Shown here: positions 1 through 7,740 of the stretch, piece after piece
Numbering within the stretch: position 1 is the stretch's first letter
Layout of the letters: every line of letters starts with the position of its first letter
Origin: Myxococcota bacterium
GTDB lineage: Bacteria; Myxococcota; SpSt-1050
Direction of reading: 5' to 3'
Length of the DNA stretch: 12,897 nt
NCBI GenBank assembly: GCA_049969675.1
Contig: JBMFOP010000040.1
Span: 14,502 to 27,398, forward strand
Notes under the pieces: model-generated
The model's database searches: none
Told to the model about the DNA's origin: nothing
What the model saw: the letters and a program-made list of their open reading frames with translations, nothing else
Position numbers and translations under genes: made by a program

Positions 1-926
1 GACCAGTTATTATTGCAATTTAGATACCCGCTATCACACTGACAGGAACTATTTATACAACTGGCATTATTATTACATTTTGAGCCACAACTCCCGCAAT
101 TATTACTATCTGTCCTTAAATCTGATTCACAACCATTCAAATCATTACTATCACAGTTACCAAAATTTGTCGCACACTTAACTATTTTACAATTACCAGA
201 ATCGCAGATTACATCAGATGTATTAGGTAAGTTACACTTTTTGTTACAGCTTCCACAGTTATTTACATCTGCATTTATATTGACCTCACATCCGTCTGAC
301 CAGGTACCATTGCAATTGGAATATCCAGATATACACTGACACCCAGAATTTTTACAGGTAGCATTTTGATTACACCTATTGCCACAGGCACCACAATTAT
401 CATTATTACTCCTTATGTCTACCTCACAACCGTTTGATACAATTTTATCACAATCCTCAAACCCAAGACTACAGGTCACAATCTTACATTCTCCATTATC
501 ACATTTATTCAAAAATGTGTTATCGGTTGAACACCTCTTATTACAATCTCCACAGTGACTCAGATCTGTAAGGATATCTGTTTCACACCCATTATCTGGA
601 TTATTGTCACAATCTTTATAGCCAGATTTACATACACAAGAACCATTATCACAGAGGGAATTATCACCACAATTGTGATTACAATAGCCACAATTGGTGA
701 TAGAACTCTTCAGATTCGCTTCACAACCATCTGAGACATCGCCATTACAATTCTCATAGTCAGTATTGCAGGATTCAATTATACAACTTTTGTTTAAGCA
801 CTTTGCTGTTGCATTGGCTGGTGCACATAGTCTATTACACCCCCCACAATGCTCTATACTTGAAGTAATGTCAGTCTCACACCCATCAATAGGGTCATTA
901 TTACAATCCATATGATTCGGGTCACA
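1..926 (-). repeat. Intragenic tandem array of 8-Cys repeats (52/46/53/46/53/46 aa plus a partial 7th unit); higher-order period of about 99 aa (297 bp)
   Basis: Units begin CDPNHMDC, CNTDYENC, CKSGYKDC, CSLGFEDC, CISGYSNC, CATNFGNC, CDSGYLNC. DNA similarity is visible at a 297-bp offset (e.g. 4.. cagttattattgcaatt vs 301.. caggtaccattgcaatt). Confidence 0.9.
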
Positions 927-2726
927 GTTTGAACCAGAGCCTTTAAGAACAATAACAACTGTAGGGTTATCTTTGTCTGAAGACTTTATCTCAATTGAGC
1001 CCTCCTTATTGCCAATATCAGATGGCTTGAATCCCACATAAAAGGAGAGTGAATCGCCTGAATTTAGATACACAGGGAGATTTTGGGGGAGATTAGAGAG
1101 AGAAAAATCAGAAGAGCTCCCACTCGTCATTTCAATAGAATTTATCGCCAATCTGCCATACCCGATGTTTCTAATCCAGACCTGATATGGTGTCGCATCT
1201 ATTCCGACTGAGACTCCACCAAAGTCTATTGAGAGTGGTTCCACCTTTATTATAGTATCAACCCCAGTAGCAGTAATCGGGAATGACACCTGTGGATTAT
1301 CAGCATCATTTGAATAGATAGCCATTGTATCATTTACCTTTCCAACGAATTGGGGATTAAAACCTAACTCTACACTGATACACTGACCATATTTGAGAGT
1401 GCCAGACGGATGTTCTGGGGAGAGAGAGAAGTTCCCATTTACCAGACCTGATTTGCTATCAACCTCTAACTGACCACCACCTGCATTACAGATCTTAAAG
1501 AATCTTCTCTCTGTGGTATCTTTTTCCACCTCTCCAAAGTCAATTCCATTTTCAAGTATATCCACTCCGTTCAAATCTACAACCGATATTTTTGGCGGGA
1601 CATATCCAGCCTTTGAGAAGAGATGAAATGCCAGAAGACCGTCCTCATCCTTATTCCCATCATTATTTATGTCTTTATCATTAAACTTTACAAGCACATC
1701 AAATTTATCATCAGTCGCCTCTTTTGTTGCATCATAATCTACAATCAGTTCAATATATTCTCCACCGGATATATATATCGGGGGACTCAGTTCACCATTA
1801 CTTATCGGGTCTATCAGGTGTACAGAAAATTTATTTGCATTCTTATCATTGTAATTTAGTGGGTCAATGGAGATACTATTGAGCAATAGAATTCCATACT
1901 CTGCATTATTATATATCTTAAACTCCTGAACCTTCTTCTCACCTATCGGGACATTTCCCAAATCAAAATTAATTTCATTCTTATCCCCTGCGGATGGGTA
2001 TTCTATCTGTGCATTGTTGCTATCTATATAAATCACTTTTACATCTGGAGCATCTTTATAAGAATTGAAGAGTAATACCCTCAAAAGTGGCATATTGGGG
2101 TCATCCGAACTAATTAAAAGATACCCCTGGTCCCTATCTGCATCATCCTGAACACAGCTTATGGTAATCTCAAACAATTCACCCGGATTAAGCGGTGTAT
2201 TATTTGCAAAGGTGGTACTATATGAAAAGACATTCTTATTCTCACCCTGCTCCAGAGAGATAGAGAAAACCTTTACGACATAGTCACCGACATTTTTAAT
2301 TACAAGACTCTTCTCTCCCTTCTCCCCATATCTCAGGGCACCAAAGTCAACCTGCTCTGGCTCTGCCTTAATCGCCGCCTTCTTTATCTCATTGTCTGGA
2401 TATGTGGTATCTAAAAGTTCTGGCACATCGCTTATTGTATCAGTTTCCGCATCCATAATTAATACACACCTTCCTTCAACACATTCCTCATCTGGATTAC
2501 AGTCGCTCTTATTTCTACATAGTTTATTATTCTTCTTTACACATCTGTGGTTTACACATTCCTCATCTTTATTGCACTGTGCAGAGTTCTTACAATACCT
2601 CAATATATCTGCTACCTCGCTGTCTCCACCAATTGAACTAATAGGTGTATCACCACAATGTGAGAAGAAGTAGGCAAGAATACTCATAATGAAAAGGATA
2701 GATACATATTTTATTGACTTTTTCAT
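1..2726 (-). CDS. Large Cys-rich surface lipoprotein/adhesin-like protein, 3'-truncated by the window edge (>908 aa): signal/lipobox, 2 short Cys repeats, 4 ASH/choice-of-anchor-D-like Ig domains, >=6 Stig1-like 8-Cys repeats
   Basis: Manual translation from ATG at 2726 is open to base 3 (908 codons): MKKSIKYVSILFIMSILAYFFSHC-GDTP...; Ig repeats carry motifs such as EPEQVDFG..IKNVG..ISSDDP, NFDLGNV..IYNN, IDFGEV..ICNAGGG..YSNDADNP and EPLSIDFGGV..IRNIG..KSSDKDNP; the C-terminal part has repeated C-x6-C-x6-GCE-x9-CG-x-C-x3-C units. SD sequence AGGAGG lies 5 nt upstream. Confidence 0.9.
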   Translation of the reverse strand, partial: MKKSIKYVSILFIMSILAYFFSHCGDTPISSIGGDSEVADILRYCKNSAQCNKDEECVNHRCVKKNNKLCRNKSDCNPDEECVEGRCVLIMDAETDTISDVPELLDTTYPDNEIKKAAIKAEPEQVDFGALRYGEKGEKSLVIKNVGDYVVKVFSISLEQGENKNVFSYSTTFANNTPLNPGELFEITISCVQDDADRDQGYLLISSDDPNMPLLRVLLFNSYKDAPDVKVIYIDSNNAQIEYPSAGDKNEINFDLGNVPIGEKKVQEFKIYNNAEYGILLLNSISIDPLNYNDKNANKFSVHLIDPISNGELSPPIYISGGEYIELIVDYDATKEATDDKFDVLVKFNDKDINNDGNKDEDGLLAFHLFSKAGYVPPKISVVDLNGVDILENGIDFGEVEKDTTERRFFKICNAGGGQLEVDSKSGLVNGNFSLSPEHPSGTLKYGQCISVELGFNPQFVGKVNDTMAIYSNDADNPQVSFPITATGVDTIIKVEPLSIDFGGVSVGIDATPYQVWIRNIGYGRLAINSIEMTSGSSSDFSLSNLPQNLPVYLNSGDSLSFYVGFKPSDIGNKEGSIEIKSSDKDNPTVVIVLKGSGSNCDPNHMDCNNDPIDGCETDITSSIEHCGGCNRLCAPANATAKCLNKSCIIESCNTDYENCNGDVSDGCEANLKSSITNCGYCNHNCGDNSLCDNGSCVCKSGYKDCDNNPDNGCETDILTDLSHCGDCNKRCSTDNTFLNKCDNGECKIVTCSLGFEDCDKIVSNGCEVDIRSNNDNCGACGNRCNQNATCKNSGCQCISGYSNCNGTWSDGCEVNINADVNNCGSCNKKCNLPNTSDVICDSGNCKIVKCATNFGNCDSNDLNGCESDLRTDSNNCGSCGSKCNNNASCINSSCQCDSGYLNCNNNW
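2466..2594 (-). repeat. Two short 4-Cys repeats (C-x5-C-x5-C-x4-C), 25-aa/75-bp period
   Basis: CKNSAQCNKDEECVNHRC and CRNKSDCNPDEECVEGRC; acacattcctcatct occurs twice, 75 bp apart. Confidence 0.85.
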
Positions 2727-2731
2727 ATCCG

Positions 2732-2756
2732 CCTCCTCTCAAGGATTATTATACCA
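2732..2756 (-). promoter_or_regulatory. Extended -10 promoter (TGgTATAAT, 2756-2748) and SD (AGGAGG, 2737-2732) of the large surface protein gene
   Basis: Minus strand reads ATTATGGTATAATAATCCTTGAGAGGAGGCGGATATG, a perfect TGnTATAAT. Confidence 0.65.
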
Positions 2757-3104
2757 TAATTCAAACATAAAACCTAATATTAATTATACTTTGTAATATG
2801 GCTATAAAATGTGATGTAATTTCTATGTGGGATGTGGAAGAGAACTTTGTGTTATTCAGGTTTTTATAAAATCCACATCTTTCCAAAATAAAATTTTAAA
2901 AAGATATTGAATTTTTAAGATGAGGCTTTCTATAAATATGTTTCGTATAAGTTTTAGGCAAACTCTACAATTTTCTAAGAATTATGTTTTAAAAGGCATT
3001 GGATGAAATGAAAGATGATAAAGGAGCAAATAGATTTAGTTGTTGGGAGCAATTTGTAATAATAGATTTCTAACTGGGTTTATCATACAAGAGTTTTTTA
3101 GAAT

Positions 3105-3126
3105 GTCTCAATAAACCCTTTGAGAC
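3105..3126. repeat. Perfect 7-bp inverted repeat GTCTCAA-N8-TTGAGAC in the intergenic region
   Basis: Read directly: gtctcaa taaaccct ttgagac. Confidence 0.6.
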
Positions 3127-3175
3127 CTTAATTATTGTGCCTGATAAAGAGCATTAAAATTGAAGGGTATATTAG

Positions 3176-3199
3176 TCGGAGGACATTTCGGAGGGCATT
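3176..3199. repeat. Tandem 12-bp direct repeat TCGGAGG(A/G)CATT x2
   Basis: tcggaggacatt tcggagggcatt, one mismatch, GC-richer than its AT-rich surroundings. Confidence 0.6.
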
Positions 3200-3371
3200 A
3201 TAATTGATATTGCATTGAAAAAAATTTGTAACCTGATTTTAAATATAGATTTTCCCATCCAGAATCCTCATTTTACAAATAGTTAACTCCTCAAAGCAGA
3301 GATTATTTTGGACAGAATTGATATGGTATAGGATTTATTTCTTTATTAACCCCTTATTTAAGGTTGAGAAA

Positions 3372-4433
3372 TCAGAGGCAGAGGTCAAATAGCAGATTAC
3401 TGATGATAATCTCCGGTGGAAGGCTTAATGTTCTGAGCATCAGATCAAATCTGGACATAAACTCCATTGATCTTAAGAGCTTTTCCTTATCAAAGTTTCT
3501 TGCCTGCGGGATAAATTCTGTCTCCACCACCTTAAGGGGGATACCGAGCTCTTCTGCTATAGCCTTTGAGCCCATCCTCCTCTCTATCATTGATTTTGTT
3601 TTATACAGTTGCTCCAGCATCCTCATTATAGGGGCTACCAGCTGGATGAGATTCTCACGAGAATTTCCTGATATATCAAGTATCCTTAATGCCTCATCAA
3701 TCCTCTTATTGGCTATAGCATTGGTAAAATCATAGACTGTAAAGCCTCTAAAGTTGAAGATGAATTTTTTTATATCTAAGAGTGTTATCCTCTTCTTCTC
3801 CGGCTCATACATTACCAGCTGTGAAAGGACATTAAATATTACATCCTGCTGATTACCGAGCTCCTGCACCAGATAGCCAAAACCATCCGTATCCAGTGAC
3901 ATATTATATTGTTTTAGATAACCCTGAACCTTCTTATTAAGGTCTATATCAGTAAGTGGATTGAACTTATAAATTGCCTTTCTCTTTGTCAACTCCTTCA
4001 AAAACTCCAATATATTTTTTCCACGGGAAGGAAGCCCTTCATCATAAAATATCATTATAAGAACTGTTCCCTTAAAAACATCATATTTTAATGCCTTTAT
4101 CAAATCAGAGTAATCATCCTCTCTTAATTTCTCTGCCTCCCTTACAATCAGGAGTTTATTCCCACCCAGAAATGGAGGAGTAATAAAACTCTGATATATC
4201 TTAACTCCACTCCCATCTTCACAATATATTACCTCGTAATTAAAATCATTTGTCTTATCTCCCAGAAGGGTCTTTTTGATATAGTCAACAGCATTCTCCA
4301 TCCTCATCTTCTCTTCACCAAAGAATACCATTATCGGTTTATAATTTTTGTTCTTTATCTCTTCAAGCAGTTTCTCTGGCGAAGAGAAGGTATCAGATTT
4401 CTTTGAAAATCTCTTATACTCCTTAAATCCCAA
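3372..4433 (-). CDS. holA: DNA polymerase III delta subunit
   Basis: 353 aa; N-terminal P-x-x-x-F-F-G-E-E motif, DFNYEVIY, TPPFLGGNKLLIVREAE, KKRITLLDI, FTVYDFTNAI; canonical position after leuS-lptE; TTG start with an AAGGGAG SD, overlapping the lptE 3' end by 11 nt. Confidence 0.9.
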   Translation of the reverse strand: MGFKEYKRFSKKSDTFSSPEKLLEEIKNKNYKPIMVFFGEEKMRMENAVDYIKKTLLGDKTNDFNYEVIYCEDGSGVKIYQSFITPPFLGGNKLLIVREAEKLREDDYSDLIKALKYDVFKGTVLIMIFYDEGLPSRGKNILEFLKELTKRKAIYKFNPLTDIDLNKKVQGYLKQYNMSLDTDGFGYLVQELGNQQDVIFNVLSQLVMYEPEKKRITLLDIKKFIFNFRGFTVYDFTNAIANKRIDEALRILDISGNSRENLIQLVAPIMRMLEQLYKTKSMIERRMGSKAIAEELGIPLKVVETEFIPQARNFDKEKLLRSMEFMSRFDLMLRTLSLPPEIIISNLLFDLCL

Positions 4434-4956
4434 GTGAGAGCTCCCTTACAAACCTATCTGCAATTTTATCCAGAACTTTTGTGATTGCAACTCTCTTATT
4501 TGCCTCTGTCGTCGCTGGAGAATCGGCTGAAAAATAGATAAAATTCTCGGTGTAAGCAAATCTCTTTATACTCTTAATGGAGTCGGCATCAATCAAATCT
4601 ATTTCAGTGGTTATGCTATATTCATATTCGTATATGTAAGCCACATTTATTCCCTGTCTATATGAAAGAGGTGTATTGGTAACATTCTTTATTACTACAT
4701 TTATTTCGTATTCGGTCCTATCTTCTCTATCATATAGCCTTACTCCGGACAAAAGAAATCTTTTACTCAACCGTTTAATAAGTTCCAGTTCAATCCCGTA
4801 CTCTTTTGTAAAATTCTTTGCTGTATTCAATCTAATTCTCTTCTCTTTAAGTGCACCCTTGAGACCAGACGATAAACTATATCCACAACTGCAAATATTT
4901 GACAGCACACACAACAATAAAATATATTTCAAAAAATCACTTCTCAATCTACTCAA
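4423..4956 (-). CDS. lptE: LPS-assembly lipoprotein LptE family protein
   Basis: 177 aa; lipoprotein signal ending ..ICSC-GYSL (CGY motif typical of LptE), KNFT-x-E-x-G-I-E, and a C-terminal helix E-x-x-KR-x-AI..DKIADRFV; located between leuS and holA. Confidence 0.75.
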   Translation of the reverse strand: MSRLRSDFLKYILLLCVLSNICSCGYSLSSGLKGALKEKRIRLNTAKNFTKEYGIELELIKRLSKRFLLSGVRLYDREDRTEYEINVVIKNVTNTPLSYRQGINVAYIYEYEYSITTEIDLIDADSIKSIKRFAYTENFIYFSADSPATTEANKRVAITKVLDKIADRFVRELSLGI

Positions 4957-4957
4957 A

Positions 4958-7510
4958 TTACCTTACCACTATATTTATCAGTTTATCTTTTACATAAATC
5001 GTCTTAACTATCTGTTTATTCTCAATAAATTTTTGCGTCCTTTCATCTTTTAATGCAGCCTCCCTGACGGCTGCCTCAGCGGTGCCCCTCATTACTTCAA
5101 TCTGTGACCTGAGCCTCCCGTTTACCTGAATTACAACTGTGACCATATCATCTACAGTATATTTATCGTCATAAACAGGGAATGCAATTCTGGATATATC
5201 TTCATCACTAAAGATATTTGTAAACAGTTCGGAGGCGAGGTGTGGTGCAAAAGGATAGAGGATGAGGAGTTGATTCCTTATTAAAAAAGAGAGCAGTGGA
5301 ATCTGACTCTCCTTCCTCTCTTCAAGATTCCACTTAAATGACGAGACAGCATTATAGAGCTCCATCATAGCGGCGATAGCGGTATTAAACTGCCACTTCT
5401 GTTCAATGTCAAATAGTACCTTCTTGATTGTCTTATGAATCAGCCTGAATACCTCTGCCTCCTCTTTATTCAATTTATTATACTCCACTTTGTTATATGC
5501 ACCTTTTAATAACGGAAAGTATGGGGAGAAGGAATTTACATAATTGTACATTCTATTCAAAAATCTGTAGGAACCTTCAATCCCCTGATCGCTCCATTCC
5601 AGATCCTTCTCGGGCGGTGCAGCAAAGAGTGAAAATAATCTCGCAGAATCAGCCCCATATTTTGCGACCATATCATCTGGAGATACTACATTCCCTTTGG
5701 ATTTGCTCATCTTAAATCCATCTTTATATACAATCCCCTGTGTGAGGAGCCTTATTGCCGGCTCATCAATTGAGAGCAATCCAATATCCCTCATCGCCTT
5801 TGTGAAAAATCTAAAATACAACAGATGTAAAACTGCATGTTCCGGTCCACCAATATATATATCTACCGGCAACCAGTAATCTGCCCACTCCTTCTCAAAC
5901 GGCACCCTATCGTTATGGGGTGAGAGATATCTTGCAAAATACCAGCTGGAGTCCACAAAGGTATCCATGGTCTCAACCTCTCTTCTGGCTTCACCACTAC
6001 ATCTCGGACATTTTGTGTTTACAAACTCGGCAACCCTTGAGAGAGGTGCCTCATCTTTCCCTGTAAGTGTGATATTGTCCGGGAGCAAGACGGGCAGTTC
6101 CTCTTCCGGGACAGTTACCTCGCCGCACCTATCGCAATAAATTATCGGAATAGGTGTACCCCAGTACCTCTGTCTGGAGAAACCCCAATCTCTCAGGTGA
6201 TATGTAACCGCTTTTGAGCCAATCCCCCGCTCTTCAAGATATTCGTTGAGTCTCTTCTTCCCCTCTTCGCTTGGAAGCCCGGAGAATTCACCCGAATTTA
6301 TCATAATGCCATAATCTTCAAATGCCTTTTCAAGTTTATCTCCATCGGGGATATCTCCATCTACCGGTTTAATGACCGTCTTAATGGGCAGGTTATATTT
6401 CTTTGCAAACAAGAAATCTCTCTGGTCGTGTGCTGGAACGCTCATAACTGCACCGGTGCCGTAGTCGGGAAGAACAAAATTTGCTATAAAGACCGGGATC
6501 TGTCTCTTTGTTAATGGATTGACCACATATGCCCCTGTAAAGACCCCCTCCTTCTCACTGTTGACATTTGTCCTCTCAATCTTATCGGTCCTCTTCATCC
6601 TATCAATAAATGCCATTACCTCTGATCTTCTATCATCTCTAACTATCTTTTCAACTATTGGATGCTCAGGCGCAAGCACCAGATATGTAGCGCCAAATAT
6701 TGTATCTATCCTTGTTGTGAATACCGTTATCTTCTCTTTATTCCCTCCCCTCATCATTTGAACACCAGAAGGTCTTGAACACTCACTACAGCCAATACCA
6801 TCAGCCAGTTCAAAGTCAATGTAAGTCCCTTCTGATCTCCCGATCCAGTTCCTCTGCATAGTTATTATTCTCTCTGGCCAGCCTTTCAGTTTATCAAGGT
6901 CTCTTAATAGCTCCTCGGCGTATTTTGTAATTTTGAATGCCCACTCCATAACCTCCTTTTGAGTAACTATTGTGTCGCAACGCCAGCACCTCTGCTCAAT
7001 GACCTGCTCATTTGCAAGAACGGTCTTACAGGAGGGGCAATAATTTACAAGCGACCTCTTCTTATATACGAGTCCATTTTCATAAAATTTTATAAACAGA
7101 TATTGATTCCATTTATAATACTCTGGCCTGTATGTGGCTATCTCCCTCTCCCAATCATAAGAGAGCCCTAACATCTTCATCTGTCTCTTTACATTCTCAA
7201 TATTCTTAGGTGTCCTTATCTGGGGCATAATTCCTTCTTTGATAGCAGCATTCTCCGCGGGCAGTCCAAGCGAGTCCCATCCCATCGGGTGCATCACATT
7301 GTAGCCCAGCATCCTATAAAACCTTGCAAGCAGATCGCCAATCACATAACATCTCACATGTCCCATATGTAAATTGCCTGAAGGATAGGGGAACATCTCA
7401 AGAATATACATCTTCTTAAGACCTTTATCATTTATTGCTCTGAACGAACCTCTCTCCTCCCATATTCTCTGCCACTTTTGTTCAATCTCTATTGCTCTAT
7501 ATTCTTCCAT
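4958..7510 (-). CDS. leuS: Leucine--tRNA ligase (bacterial type)
   Basis: 850 aa; MFPYPSGNLHMGH (HIGH-type signature), KMSKS, editing domain TTRIDTIFG..GTGAVMSVPAHDQRD, RDWGFSRQRYWG, ETMDTFVDSSWY, C-terminal VVIQVNGRLR; Zn-knuckle pairs CPSC/CWRC and CDRC/CPRC; SD AAGGAG at 7523-7518. Confidence 0.99.
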   Translation of the reverse strand: MEEYRAIEIEQKWQRIWEERGSFRAINDKGLKKMYILEMFPYPSGNLHMGHVRCYVIGDLLARFYRMLGYNVMHPMGWDSLGLPAENAAIKEGIMPQIRTPKNIENVKRQMKMLGLSYDWEREIATYRPEYYKWNQYLFIKFYENGLVYKKRSLVNYCPSCKTVLANEQVIEQRCWRCDTIVTQKEVMEWAFKITKYAEELLRDLDKLKGWPERIITMQRNWIGRSEGTYIDFELADGIGCSECSRPSGVQMMRGGNKEKITVFTTRIDTIFGATYLVLAPEHPIVEKIVRDDRRSEVMAFIDRMKRTDKIERTNVNSEKEGVFTGAYVVNPLTKRQIPVFIANFVLPDYGTGAVMSVPAHDQRDFLFAKKYNLPIKTVIKPVDGDIPDGDKLEKAFEDYGIMINSGEFSGLPSEEGKKRLNEYLEERGIGSKAVTYHLRDWGFSRQRYWGTPIPIIYCDRCGEVTVPEEELPVLLPDNITLTGKDEAPLSRVAEFVNTKCPRCSGEARREVETMDTFVDSSWYFARYLSPHNDRVPFEKEWADYWLPVDIYIGGPEHAVLHLLYFRFFTKAMRDIGLLSIDEPAIRLLTQGIVYKDGFKMSKSKGNVVSPDDMVAKYGADSARLFSLFAAPPEKDLEWSDQGIEGSYRFLNRMYNYVNSFSPYFPLLKGAYNKVEYNKLNKEEAEVFRLIHKTIKKVLFDIEQKWQFNTAIAAMMELYNAVSSFKWNLEERKESQIPLLSFLIRNQLLILYPFAPHLASELFTNIFSDEDISRIAFPVYDDKYTVDDMVTVVIQVNGRLRSQIEVMRGTAEAAVREAALKDERTQKFIENKQIVKTIYVKDKLINIVVR

Positions 7511-7557
7511 CTCTTAACTCCTTATAAATCGTAATAAGCAAATTAAAAAGCCGAATC

Positions 7558-7586
7558 TTATTATCACTTAAAAGATGAGATTTCAA
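7558..7586 (-). promoter_or_regulatory. Putative sigma70 promoter of the leuS-lptE-holA operon
   Basis: Minus strand TTGAAA-N17-TAATAA, with TG at the extended -10 position. Confidence 0.45.
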
Positions 7587-7740
7587 CTCTAATACAGAGA
7601 CTTTTTCAACTTAAGAAGAAACTAAACAATGCATATCCCACAAAATTGGAATGTCAGGGATGTGAATAATTATTTATTTGCAAATCCAAAATTTTTATAT
7701 TAATAGTGGTTACAGCATAAATATTAAAGAGAAGGGCATA

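Noticed and set aside
1..926. CRISPR array or noncoding tandem repeat
   Set aside because: The repeats are degenerate, in-frame protein-coding units with no constant repeat/unique spacer structure.
1623..2673. Plus-strand ORFs 1623..1859 and 2392..2673 from the ORF track
   Set aside because: Antisense shadows of the large minus-strand gene; no recognisable motifs.
3008..3073. 21-codon ORF MKDDKGANRFSCWEQFVIIDF in the intergenic gap
   Set aside because: No convincing SD, too short, and no supporting homology visible.
3348..3365. Intrinsic terminator after holA (CCTTA-TT-TAAGG hairpin)
   Set aside because: The stem is short and AT-rich, with no U-tract on the minus strand; too weak to call.
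3364..7171. Plus-strand ORFs at 3364, 4676, 5497, 5697, 6519 and 6959
   Set aside because: They lie antisense to holA, lptE and leuS, with composition typical of reverse-frame artefacts.
7511..7677. T-box or attenuator upstream of leuS; also a Zur-like half-site AAATCGTAAT at 7526-7535
   Set aside because: The predicted leader is too short, with no T-box motif or terminator; only half of the Zur palindrome is present.
7678..7740. TTG-initiated 21-aa N-terminal extension of the response regulator
   Set aside because: The receiver fold begins at ATG 7741; the TTG has no SD and looks like a TTGCAA -35 box.
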